Sequence record: LR756504.1
Reading direction: 5' to 3' (one strand)
DNA length: 64,000 bases
In this document: one piece after another, positions 17,063-26,317 of the stretch
How the letters are laid out: every line of letters starts with the position of its first letter
Position numbering within the stretch: the stretch's first letter is position 1
Translations under genes and position numbers: made by a program
The notes under the pieces: generated by a model
What the model was told of the DNA's origin: nothing
Databases searched by the model: none
Seen by the model: the letters and a program-made list of their open reading frames with translations, nothing else

Positions 17063-18544
17063 TTAAATTGCAACAGGTGCAGTAACTATTATAGTAGCAT
17101 CATAAATCCAGTGTGAAAATTGTTGATTTCCATCACCATCTCTACCTGCTAATCTCCATTTATATGTTCTACCATTTTTAACAAGCCAATCTAAAATTTG
17201 AACATTAACATTATCAAGTAATTTATTACCATTTAAATAATTTATTAATGGTTCTGTTGCAGAATTTTTAATTAAATCAACGCCCCAATATAATTCTATT
17301 TGATTTGCAAAACCAAATGGATCTTTACCTGGTTCTGGTGAGCGAGGCCCAAACTGTTCTCTAATATTTTGTTGTCTTTCAAAATTTTGATAGCCTTTAC
17401 TAACAGTAATATTACTCCATGTTGATTGTTTAGTCGAATGATAGGCATCTAACCATTTATCGAGTGATGTAGCAACTTCATCAATTAAATATTTCTGTTC
17501 ACCATCAGGAAAAGCTTTCTGTCCATATTTACTTATAGTTAATTTATTAACATCCAATCTACCATTTTCATTACCATCAAATGGTTTTACAACTTTTTGT
17601 AGTTCTTCATTTGTAGGATTTGGTGGTAAATTGGAATTTGCTAAATTTTTAGATATGTTTGTACCTGGTACACCTTTACCTGTTTCAGCAGATGGTGGTC
17701 TTTCTTCTGCTGTATATCCTCTTGATTCTGGTGTTTTTTTATTTTCTTGATATCTAGAATTCCAAGTATCTCCTAATTGAGCTTTATCAAATTGTCTTGT
17801 TTGAGCTTTTACTTGTTTATCATCCACTACATATACATGATCTGATAAAAAAGTATCTTTTAATTTTCTATGTGTTAAGTATTCATTTAAACATTGCAAT
17901 AAACCTGGATTAGGTATTACTGGAGCACCCAAATTGCCGAGATATGGACCACCTTTACTACCCATTAAATTCTCAACTAATGAATCAAACCATTTAAGCC
18001 ATTTTTCACCAAGCATAATTCTTTCATATGCTTCATCTGTCCCTAAATATAATTTAGCATTATTATCTCTTAAATTTAGAGCCATATTTCCATCTGGATC
18101 AATATTAATGTTTGATTTTACATAATCAAACATTACACCCATTTCTATATCATGAAAATATTGATGTTTATCATCATATGTAACAGCATAGAAGTTTTTA
18201 TAAGAATCATCACTCAATGAATTTAATTTTTCTTGTAAATTAAAATTATAGTGTTCTGTACTATCATAAATAGGTTTATAATAATCACCCTCTAAAAATG
18301 TAATTCTAACTACTTTTTCTAAAGCAGGTGTAAAAAATGTATTTCCTCTACCATCTAAAGTTGGACTTGCCCACGGAATATCCTGTGTCGATATACTATT
18401 TGGTTCACCATTTTTACCATGAAATCTTTCAATTCTGGCTTTAATTCTACCCTTTTTTTTACCAGTAATACCGCTTCCATTAATATCAATAGCTTCTACT
18501 ATTGCTAAAAAACTTTTACTTAGTAGATCATCCTTATTTATCAT
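17063..18544 (-). CDS. baseplate central spike (gp5-like OB-fold) with degenerate M15 peptidase-like C-terminal domain
   Basis: N-terminal GRIKARI...IPWASP...FFTP...VRITFLEGDYYKPIY; C-terminal NGRL...SKGYQ...PGKDPFG...WLVKNG...SHWIY. Confidence 0.75.
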   Translation of the reverse strand: MINKDDLLSKSFLAIVEAIDINGSGITGKKKGRIKARIERFHGKNGEPNSISTQDIPWASPTLDGRGNTFFTPALEKVVRITFLEGDYYKPIYDSTEHYNFNLQEKLNSLSDDSYKNFYAVTYDDKHQYFHDIEMGVMFDYVKSNINIDPDGNMALNLRDNNAKLYLGTDEAYERIMLGEKWLKWFDSLVENLMGSKGGPYLGNLGAPVIPNPGLLQCLNEYLTHRKLKDTFLSDHVYVVDDKQVKAQTRQFDKAQLGDTWNSRYQENKKTPESRGYTAEERPPSAETGKGVPGTNISKNLANSNLPPNPTNEELQKVVKPFDGNENGRLDVNKLTISKYGQKAFPDGEQKYLIDEVATSLDKWLDAYHSTKQSTWSNITVSKGYQNFERQQNIREQFGPRSPEPGKDPFGFANQIELYWGVDLIKNSATEPLINYLNGNKLLDNVNVQILDWLVKNGRTYKWRLAGRDGDGNQQFSHWIYDATIIVTAPVAI

Positions 18545-18547
18545 ATA

Positions 18548-21181
18548 CTATATATTATCACCACCCTTATTCTTCTTCAAATAATCTTTAAAAGATTTCA
18601 AATCTGAAAATTTATCTGGTTGAATATATTTATGATCAACCGTTGGATTTACATCTTCATTAGGATATGTTATTGATTTTTTTGTATTAGAATTTATATC
18701 TTCGTTAGGATCATTAATTTTAGTATTTATGGATTGGTTAACATTTTCAGACGGCTTTTTTATTTCGCCTTTACCTTCCATTAAATCTTCTTTCGGTGAT
18801 TTAATATCATGTTTTACAACACCATTTAAATCTTCTTTTGGTGCGATAAACTTATGATTTATTTTATCATTCAAATCAACTACTTTACCATTATTATCAG
18901 GATTAGTAATTACATCTCCTTTTGGATTTTGTAAATTTTCGTTTGGTGATTTAATATCATGTATAATATCAAGGTTTACATCTTCATTAGGATTTACATA
19001 TTTAAAGTTTTTAACTGGATTTACATCTTCATTAGGATTTACATATTTAAAGTTTTTAACTGGATTTACATCTTCATTAGGATTTACATATTTAAAGTTT
19101 TTAACTGGATTTACATCTTCTACAGGAGTTGTAATATTATGTCCAGTAGAAGGTTGTAAATTTTCATTAGGATTTACAAATTTATAATTTTTATCTGGGT
19201 GTAAGTCTTCATTTGGTTGAACTGATGTATATTTATATTTCGTATTTGTATAAGCATCTGTTGTACCACTTACTAATACTTTGCCTTCATCATTGTTTTT
19301 ATTAACAAATAAAGGATTATTAATATCTAAAATTATAGATGATTTAGGATTCTTATTTGAATTATAAATGTATGTTGCACTACTTGGTATGCCTGCTACA
19401 TTGGCTATAATACCGCTATCATTAACATTATAACTAAATTCTGGAGTATCAGTTAGAGGTGTTTGAATACTCATATTAGTTTTAACTTCTCTCACATTCT
19501 TAGGTTTATTATTTACATATCCTAAGTCAATTGTTTTTTTAAAAACTTTATTTTGTAAAAAACTCCTTACTGATCCACCAATGTTAGTATTTATTTGATT
19601 CTTTAGAGATTGAACACCATCACTAACCACTTGAGCACCAGCTTTAACAGCATTATTTCCTATTGTCTTGGCAAATCTGCCCAAAGCTGTATCATTATTA
19701 TCATTTATAAGTAACCCTCTATTTTTAAGAACATCTAATTTTTCACCCAAACCAGGTTCTTTTCCTATATTATTAGTTGAATATTCTCTTTTTTGTGTGT
19801 TTTTGCCGCCATATCTAGTTTTACTTAAAAACACTTCATTATTAGTTAAATTTGGTGAGAAGTATTTATCGCCTAATATAAATTTATTATAATTTGAATC
19901 ATATAATGCGGAATAAAAAATTCTATTTACCTTTCTATATTTTATCTTCATTTGTAATGAAGAATAATCAGTATTTATTCCATTAAATCCACCAATTGTT
20001 AAGCTTGATGGATTTAAACTTTGTGGGAAAAAGAATTCACAGTCTTTCAATTCATAAATTACTCTTGAATAATTATTTCTGATAGCATCTCTTAAATTAT
20101 CATCGACACTTGTATGTCTTGTAAAATTTCTAATATCTGAAATTTTAATATACAAATTAAATCTTAATAAATTTTCTGGTATTAACTTTTTACCCATATT
20201 ATAAGAATATGTTAAATTTCTATAAAGAAATGCCATTCTATTTGAATACATTCTTACATCTTCATTTAAAGTGAATGTTAATGATTCTTGTTCAGTACCA
20301 AACATTCTATCTTCGCTTGATTTATAATCAACAAATAAATTATCAAGTTTATCTAACCCATCAACTTTAAAAACATAATGGTTTTTAAATATTCTTGTTT
20401 TATATTCATTACCATCAAGTGTTTCTGGACTTTCAAAAATGTTAGTAATTGAGTTTTTAAATTCATTGTAATAATCCAAAGCATACGACAATTCTCTATG
20501 TATTGGTTTATAATTAGTTATAAAGTCTGTTAGATTTGATGGTGCTGTAACTGTTTGACTATTGTCTGGTGATTCACCAGCCTTCCTACCACTACTTGTC
20601 TCCACATCACCTATAAATAATGGTGATGTCATATCCAATCTAAAGCTAACACTTAGTATAGTAGGATCTTCTATAGTATCTAAAATTGATAATAATTTAG
20701 TAGTCCCCTCTACATCAGAACTTAAATCATTATCCAAATAATACCAATATTTAAATGAATATGCGTTTTTATCTACTAACTGATCTAGATTTATTTTCCA
20801 TTTAGTACCAACGTTATATAAATTAATAGCACTAATACCAGCATCCCATAGATTACCATTATATGTGTCTTGTAAAATTCTTGATATGGAATCTTTATTT
20901 ATATTGTCTATACTTACATCTGTTGTAAGAAACTCTGAGTTGTTGTACTTATTTCTTTCAGATTTAGGTTTTAATTTATCTGCTATTGATTGAATAGCAC
21001 CATTTGCAAAATTGACACCGCTATTAAAAATATTATTAGCAGCATCAGCCAATCCACCAAACGTTTTACTACCTTGGCCAAATAAATTTTTCTCATTATT
21101 TTTCCCAATATCCTTTTTTAGTGGTAAACTGTTTTCGTCTTGGGTGTATAAATTTTTTTTAGGTGTATCGTTAGTGGCCAT
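18548..21181 (-). CDS. putative baseplate/tail structural protein with C-terminal 15-aa repeats
   Basis: 877 aa, directly upstream of the gp5-like gene; late motif upstream; PxE(D/N) repeats. Confidence 0.55.
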   Translation of the reverse strand: MATNDTPKKNLYTQDENSLPLKKDIGKNNEKNLFGQGSKTFGGLADAANNIFNSGVNFANGAIQSIADKLKPKSERNKYNNSEFLTTDVSIDNINKDSISRILQDTYNGNLWDAGISAINLYNVGTKWKINLDQLVDKNAYSFKYWYYLDNDLSSDVEGTTKLLSILDTIEDPTILSVSFRLDMTSPLFIGDVETSSGRKAGESPDNSQTVTAPSNLTDFITNYKPIHRELSYALDYYNEFKNSITNIFESPETLDGNEYKTRIFKNHYVFKVDGLDKLDNLFVDYKSSEDRMFGTEQESLTFTLNEDVRMYSNRMAFLYRNLTYSYNMGKKLIPENLLRFNLYIKISDIRNFTRHTSVDDNLRDAIRNNYSRVIYELKDCEFFFPQSLNPSSLTIGGFNGINTDYSSLQMKIKYRKVNRIFYSALYDSNYNKFILGDKYFSPNLTNNEVFLSKTRYGGKNTQKREYSTNNIGKEPGLGEKLDVLKNRGLLINDNNDTALGRFAKTIGNNAVKAGAQVVSDGVQSLKNQINTNIGGSVRSFLQNKVFKKTIDLGYVNNKPKNVREVKTNMSIQTPLTDTPEFSYNVNDSGIIANVAGIPSSATYIYNSNKNPKSSIILDINNPLFVNKNNDEGKVLVSGTTDAYTNTKYKYTSVQPNEDLHPDKNYKFVNPNENLQPSTGHNITTPVEDVNPVKNFKYVNPNEDVNPVKNFKYVNPNEDVNPVKNFKYVNPNEDVNLDIIHDIKSPNENLQNPKGDVITNPDNNGKVVDLNDKINHKFIAPKEDLNGVVKHDIKSPKEDLMEGKGEIKKPSENVNQSINTKINDPNEDINSNTKKSITYPNEDVNPTVDHKYIQPDKFSDLKSFKDYLKKNKGGDNI
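18975..19120. repeat. perfect 45-bp tandem repeat (3.2 copies), coding VNPVKNFKYVNPNED
   Basis: Unit tttacatcttcattaggatttacatatttaaagtttttaactgga starts at 18975, 19020 and 19065, with a partial copy at 19110. Confidence 0.95.
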
Positions 21182-21198
21182 TAAGTTTTAACCTTAAT

Positions 21199-21220
21199 AT
21201 TTTAATATATATATTAAAAT
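21199..21220. promoter_or_regulatory. 22-bp palindrome: putative bidirectional late promoter
   Basis: ATTTTAATATATATATTAAAAT carries TAATATATA on both strands between divergent genes. Confidence 0.6.
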
Positions 21221-21233
21221 GTTTCAACTTTAA

Positions 21234-22742
21234 ATGATGGAATACTTCTTTAATTATGACTATTTTAGAATAAATGAAGCTGATGATAATAAAGGGCTTA
21301 AAGCAAGTCTTAATAATAATATTGGAAATAATGTATCTAATGTAGATAATACAAAAATAGCTGATGCGCCAATAAATACTGCTGGTACAGATGGTACATC
21401 GGGTACTAATATAATTGAAAGTACTGATGAGACATCTTTAAATAATAAAATTCAAGAATGGAATACATTATATTCACAAGCATTTAAATTCCAAAACGAT
21501 ATGCCCAAAGACGTTAACTCTAAAGTTGATTTAACTAATATAGGACAAAAGAACCCTAATAATGACACTCAAATAACAGATTATAATAATAGTTTATTAG
21601 CTAAAGTAAGGGATGGTATAATTAAAATAGCAGAATTACTTACAAGTAAAAATGGTGACAGCTTTATGTTTAAAGGTAGGACAATAAATATAGTTGGACA
21701 CACAAGTTCACCAGCTAAACCAGAATATAATATAATTTTGGCAAAAAGAAGATCTGATTTTGTTATTAATGCTATAAAAAGTGCAATGAATACGATATTA
21801 AAAAATTCAGCGAAACCAGAAGATATTGTATCATTTGTTTCTGCACCTAAAGGAGAAACAGAATTAATTATCAGAAATGATACACAAAGTGGTGATGCTA
21901 TATTAAATACTAATAATAAAGAGATTGAGGGTAGCATTGATGTTAAACAATACCAAACACCAGAACAAAAGCAGGGATTGAATAGAAGGGTTGTAATAGG
22001 CTTAGATAAGTTTCCTATTAGGTATAATCAACCAGAGAAAGAAATTATTTCTAGCAGTACTGATATACCTATTATAAATCCTACGGATGTTAAATTTAAT
22101 ACCGATAGTTATATCTTAACATCAAAAAGCGATTCTATTTTAACTAATTTTGCGAATGAAATTTTAGAAGCTATTAAAAATAATAGTAATTTAACTGACA
22201 TATATATTTGTTCGCATTCACATAAAGCTAAAGAAGAAGATCCTAATGATATAATAGATCAAGAAAATAAAATATTCTACATAAGTTTAAATAGAGCGGT
22301 ATCGGTTAAAAACTTTTTACAAAACAGGGGAATAAAAATCAAATATCACTTAATTCCATGTTCATATTTAATACCTAAAGGAAATAGCGCAGACGAAAAT
22401 AAAAGAGTTGAAATATATTTCAACGAAAATAATGATGTTAAAAAAGCTAAAAATGCATTTAATCAATTATCTAAAAAATATGGTATTGAAAATAATAATG
22501 GTGAATATGATGCTGATAGAATACTTACCAATAAAGTTTTAAGAAAAGATATCATCACTAATATAATTGCTTGTATGAAAGAAGGTGTAAAAGAAAAATG
22601 GATACCTTTAGAATTATGGTATGATGAATATGGTACTAATGAAGATAATTTAAAGGCATATAAGAAAGAGTTGGAAAATACTGTATCTAAATATGGTAAA
22701 AATAAATACTCGGTAGAAGATTTTGTCTACATAAAGAGATAA
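21234..22742 (+). CDS. protein with two OmpA-like peptidoglycan-binding domains
   Basis: IVGHTS...YNIILAKRRSDFV...KGE...LNRRVVI and a degenerate VKFNTDSYIL...ISLNRAVSVKNFL...NKRVEI. Confidence 0.75.
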   Translation: MMEYFFNYDYFRINEADDNKGLKASLNNNIGNNVSNVDNTKIADAPINTAGTDGTSGTNIIESTDETSLNNKIQEWNTLYSQAFKFQNDMPKDVNSKVDLTNIGQKNPNNDTQITDYNNSLLAKVRDGIIKIAELLTSKNGDSFMFKGRTINIVGHTSSPAKPEYNIILAKRRSDFVINAIKSAMNTILKNSAKPEDIVSFVSAPKGETELIIRNDTQSGDAILNTNNKEIEGSIDVKQYQTPEQKQGLNRRVVIGLDKFPIRYNQPEKEIISSSTDIPIINPTDVKFNTDSYILTSKSDSILTNFANEILEAIKNNSNLTDIYICSHSHKAKEEDPNDIIDQENKIFYISLNRAVSVKNFLQNRGIKIKYHLIPCSYLIPKGNSADENKRVEIYFNENNDVKKAKNAFNQLSKKYGIENNNGEYDADRILTNKVLRKDIITNIIACMKEGVKEKWIPLELWYDEYGTNEDNLKAYKKELENTVSKYGKNKYSVEDFVYIKR

Positions 22743-22744
22743 TT

Positions 22745-23242
22745 TTAATTTGCCATTAATATAACATTATAAACATCTTTTCCATCATAAATAGTAAAAT
22801 ATCCAAAATTTTCTATATTTTCTCTAAGCATTGCGAGATTATGACTATTTGAACTTTTGTAAGATTCTAATATATTTTTTTCAATAGAATTTAATCTATG
22901 ATTTGCAACATTTAAATATACTACACAATTTTCTTTACATACGTAATTGGGATAAGCATTATTCGGTATATACCCTACTTTATATACTCTATTATATGGT
23001 GTTGTATAATTAGGATTGGAATTATTATGCCCCCCTTCATTGTGTTGTAAATAATTGTAATCGCATTGTAGTTTAGCAGCTTTTTCTAATGTTTCATCAT
23101 ATTTCAATTGATTTAACCCTTTAGATGATCTATAATCATTCAAAAGTCTTAAAAATTCATATTTATCCCCATAATTAGAAGTCTGAGAAAAACTTACTAA
23201 AAAACAGGAGGTTAAAATTAATATTAATAGACTCATTTTCAT
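22745..23242 (-). CDS. CAP/SCP domain protein with signal peptide
   Basis: Hydrophobic N-terminus; LLNDYRSSKGLNQL...LEKAA...GHN...ENC...SSNSHNLAML. Confidence 0.8.
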   Translation of the reverse strand: MKMSLLILILTSCFLVSFSQTSNYGDKYEFLRLLNDYRSSKGLNQLKYDETLEKAAKLQCDYNYLQHNEGGHNNSNPNYTTPYNRVYKVGYIPNNAYPNYVCKENCVVYLNVANHRLNSIEKNILESYKSSNSHNLAMLRENIENFGYFTIYDGKDVYNVILMAN

Positions 23243-23246
23243 AATA

Positions 23247-23278
23247 CAAAGATATAAAGAATTGTATCATTATGCAAA
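23247..23278 (-). promoter_or_regulatory. Bacteroidota-type promoter
   Basis: Minus strand TTTG-N20-TATCTTTG, 4 nt before the CAP start codon. Confidence 0.7.
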
Positions 23279-23280
23279 TT

Positions 23281-23982
23281 TTATTTGTCTTTTTTATATG
23301 TTCTACTTTTATCAAGTGTGTAATGCCTCATTTTCAATAAATCAGAATCTTTTCTATGTTCTTTTTTAGGCTCTTCTGTATCAATTTTAATTCCTGATGG
23401 TTCTAATTTTCTATCAATTGCATCAAATGCTGTAATATTAAAATTTGGTAATTTAGTTTCAATGTATTCACCTTTCATCATTCTAAATAATACTTTTGTA
23501 GAATCCGAAAAAGGAACTACTTTAAATTCTAATTTTTCTGGAATTCTAATGCTTGAAAGATTTTCTAACTTACATTTGATTATTATTTTATCAAATTTTT
23601 CTATTTCAAAAAGAACTTTACACAAAGCTTTTACAGCTTCGGTTGCATACCCTTTCCCAGCATATCTAGTATCAATCCAATAACCAATCTCTTTTCCCTT
23701 ACTCTTTCCAGCATTCCAATGATGCACTCCAATATTACCAATAAAATTATTATCTTTATCAAAAATAGCATATTTATTATCTGAATCCAAATCAAAATTA
23801 CCTCTGAATCGTCTCACAACTTCTATATTCCCATCAATATCCGTAGGGTGACTTTTAACCCATAGCATCCAAGGTTCAAATTCATTTATACTATGTTTGA
23901 CTGCATCCATATACTTAGAAACGTCCATTAAATCATAGCACCTAATTACGAGTCTTTCGGTAATAATTTTATATGTTTTCAT
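23281..23982 (-). CDS. GNAT acetyltransferase, RimJ/RimL family
   Basis: TERLVIR...IGNIG...EIGYWIDTRYAGKGYATEAVKAL...ENLSSIRIPEKL. Confidence 0.85.
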   Translation of the reverse strand: MKTYKIITERLVIRCYDLMDVSKYMDAVKHSINEFEPWMLWVKSHPTDIDGNIEVVRRFRGNFDLDSDNKYAIFDKDNNFIGNIGVHHWNAGKSKGKEIGYWIDTRYAGKGYATEAVKALCKVLFEIEKFDKIIIKCKLENLSSIRIPEKLEFKVVPFSDSTKVLFRMMKGEYIETKLPNFNITAFDAIDRKLEPSGIKIDTEEPKKEHRKDSDLLKMRHYTLDKSRTYKKDK

Positions 23983-23989
23983 TTAACTA

Positions 23990-24226
23990 TCAGATTTTAA
24001 TACAAACTTCTTTGTATCCAAACACTTTTAAATATGACATAATTGTTGGCAATGTAGGTTGGTAGCTTGGATTGTTTCTTTCAATTCTACTTAAATGTGG
24101 AGCATCAGTACCCATTATTTTAGCTAATGAAACCAATGTCATACCATTCTTTTTTCGAATATTTCTCAATTGTGTACCAACAGGCTCGGTTTTTTCTACA
24201 TCGAAAATCATTTTTCCTTCGTTCAT
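23990..24226 (-). CDS. XRE-family helix-turn-helix regulator
   Basis: QLRNIRKKNGMTLVSLAKIMGTDAPHLSRIERN...PTLPTI. Confidence 0.88.
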   Translation of the reverse strand: MNEGKMIFDVEKTEPVGTQLRNIRKKNGMTLVSLAKIMGTDAPHLSRIERNNPSYQPTLPTIMSYLKVFGYKEVCIKI

Positions 24227-24308
24227 GTGATTTTATTTAATTGGTAGTAATTCAATAAAATATGCAATCAATCTAATATTTAGAAAATAGTATTTTTGAA
24301 TTATAATA

Positions 24309-24339
24309 CAAATATAACCAAAAAATATTAAAAAACAAA
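24309..24339 (-). promoter_or_regulatory. Bacteroidota-type promoter
   Basis: Minus strand TTTG-N19-TATATTTG upstream of the HTH-GNAT operon. Confidence 0.7.
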
Positions 24340-24348
24340 AAATATTTA

Positions 24349-25692
24349 TTAAACTTCAAAATTATTAACTGATAATTCCCTTTTAACCATTTTAATTTCT
24401 TGTTTTAATCCTATTTCTGGCGAATACCTGAAATTTATAGCTGTGATAAGCCAACCACCAGATAATCTATTATTTAATGATTCCTGTCCAACAGTGTTTT
24501 CGAAAATAGACACTATTATCTTTTGAAATTTAATAAAATTAAAATTGGGATATTTCATAGTAATTGTCATTGAAACTTTACCCAATTCTTCTAAATTGGA
24601 TTTATTTAATAATGAAGCATAATTATAATGTACATGTGTATTATCAATATCTAAAGGTGGTAAATATTCTTTTTTTATATTAGTTTGAAAAAATCCATCA
24701 GTTTTATTATCTTTGGGAAAACTCTTTAATATTATTCCTTTTCCATCGGTGTTTGTTTCTAATGTAAATTTTAAATCCGTACCAGCCTTTTCGCCCCAGT
24801 TTCCAGTTTTATCATAATAGAATAATTCTGTTCTATAGCCATTCTTTAAACTTATTTTTGTAGATTTATTAGATACTTTATAATCTTCAAATACTATATT
24901 CCAATCACTTTTAGCAAATGAATCATTAACTAAATATAAATCATCAACTCTTTGCATATTTTCTTCATTACTAGATATCATTGATGTTAAAATACCTTTT
25001 AATTCCTTAGCATTTTCTTTAAGCTCAGTCTCAACTTCTATAAAATTCAAATTATAATAATAATCTATAAATGTTGTAAAAAATGAAGATTCATCTTTAA
25101 AAGATTTTTCAGTAACATCTTGTATGAATTTATAATTTTCTATACCTGGATTGATCCAATTCATTACATCATCAGTAGAAGATATATTAGTATTAAATCC
25201 TAGTTTAATTTTAGATGATAACTCTTTCAAAGTATTAAAACTACTTTTTCTACTAAATGATTGTACATTTTGTAAATATAAACCATCAACATTAGGAAGT
25301 CCTTGTATATAAAATAATTTTTCTGCTTCTAAAAAAGAGAAATCAACAATTTTAAAATCCATTCTGATAGGTCTTAATGCTGGTGATGAATTACTATCTT
25401 TTGTTCTTGAATCTAAATATATTGATATTATAGTATTATCCATTGCGAATGCATCTTTATACATAATATTAAATGTATCTTTAAAATATATTCTAAGACG
25501 AGGAAAAAATCCATCAGTATCTAAGTAAAAACTATTTATAAGTTTTGGATTTATTAAAATACCATTATACCACACTAAAGGTACTTTACCAAGACTAATT
25601 AAATCCCCTTGTAAAAGTTCTTGTGAACCATTTGCAGCATCTATTTCAATAGTATATACTCCAATATTAGGACTTGCTGTATTTTTAATCAC
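24349..25692 (-). CDS. putative baseplate hub protein (gp27/GPD-like)
   Basis: Position in baseplate cluster; C-terminal SGGWLITAINFRYSPEIGLKQEIKMVKREL is typical of hub proteins. Confidence 0.5.
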   Translation of the reverse strand: MIKNTASPNIGVYTIEIDAANGSQELLQGDLISLGKVPLVWYNGILINPKLINSFYLDTDGFFPRLRIYFKDTFNIMYKDAFAMDNTIISIYLDSRTKDSNSSPALRPIRMDFKIVDFSFLEAEKLFYIQGLPNVDGLYLQNVQSFSRKSSFNTLKELSSKIKLGFNTNISSTDDVMNWINPGIENYKFIQDVTEKSFKDESSFFTTFIDYYYNLNFIEVETELKENAKELKGILTSMISSNEENMQRVDDLYLVNDSFAKSDWNIVFEDYKVSNKSTKISLKNGYRTELFYYDKTGNWGEKAGTDLKFTLETNTDGKGIILKSFPKDNKTDGFFQTNIKKEYLPPLDIDNTHVHYNYASLLNKSNLEELGKVSMTITMKYPNFNFIKFQKIIVSIFENTVGQESLNNRLSGGWLITAINFRYSPEIGLKQEIKMVKRELSVNNFEV

Positions 25693-25694
25693 TT

Positions 25695-26309
25695 TTATTG
25701 ATTAATTTTCTTTATATATCTGTTAACTAAAACTCTTTCAATAGTATCTGGTTGTATATCTGTTAATGGTCCTGGTAATGCTATAGGTGTCTCAGGTGCA
25801 ATATTTGGATTTTTAAATAAATTTGGTGCTATCTTTATTTTATTATTATCAATAACTATTTGAGGTGAATTTGATGGTAAAACAGAAGGTGGTAAAGCAT
25901 CAGTTCTATTAACAATTCCCCTAGCATTGGGGTCTTTCTTTCTCTTCTTTAAAACATTTAATAAATCAGATTTAACTTTACTTAATAGTTCTTCTATTCC
26001 GCTTTGTCTTATAACTTCAGAAACTTTTAATAATCCTTCCGCATCAGAATCAGTACAGAAAAATAATACATCACCTTCTCTTATAGAAAATGGATTCATA
26101 ATATTATTCAATTGGCATAATGTACCAACAAATTTTGTAGTATTATAAATATCATTAGATACTAAGTCTAATCTCATATTATGTTTTCTATCACAAACAA
26201 AAACACTTAAATTTACTTGATTGCCATTATAAGTTGTAATAAATAAATTATATAAACCTGTTGTAGTATCTAATTCTAATTCTGCTAAATATTCATAACC
26301 TATGGTCAT
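25695..26309 (-). CDS. baseplate wedge / LysM-like protein (gp53 / tail X-like)
   Basis: RLDLVSNDIYNTT...LCQLNNIMNPFSIREGDVLF. Confidence 0.65.
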   Translation of the reverse strand: MTIGYEYLAELELDTTTGLYNLFITTYNGNQVNLSVFVCDRKHNMRLDLVSNDIYNTTKFVGTLCQLNNIMNPFSIREGDVLFFCTDSDAEGLLKVSEVIRQSGIEELLSKVKSDLLNVLKKRKKDPNARGIVNRTDALPPSVLPSNSPQIVIDNNKIKIAPNLFKNPNIAPETPIALPGPLTDIQPDTIERVLVNRYIKKINQ

Positions 26310-26317
26310 TTTTAAAA

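Noticed and set aside
18975-19120. 45-bp direct repeats as a CRISPR array
   Set aside because: Units are contiguous with no spacers, in frame within a CDS, and there are no cas genes
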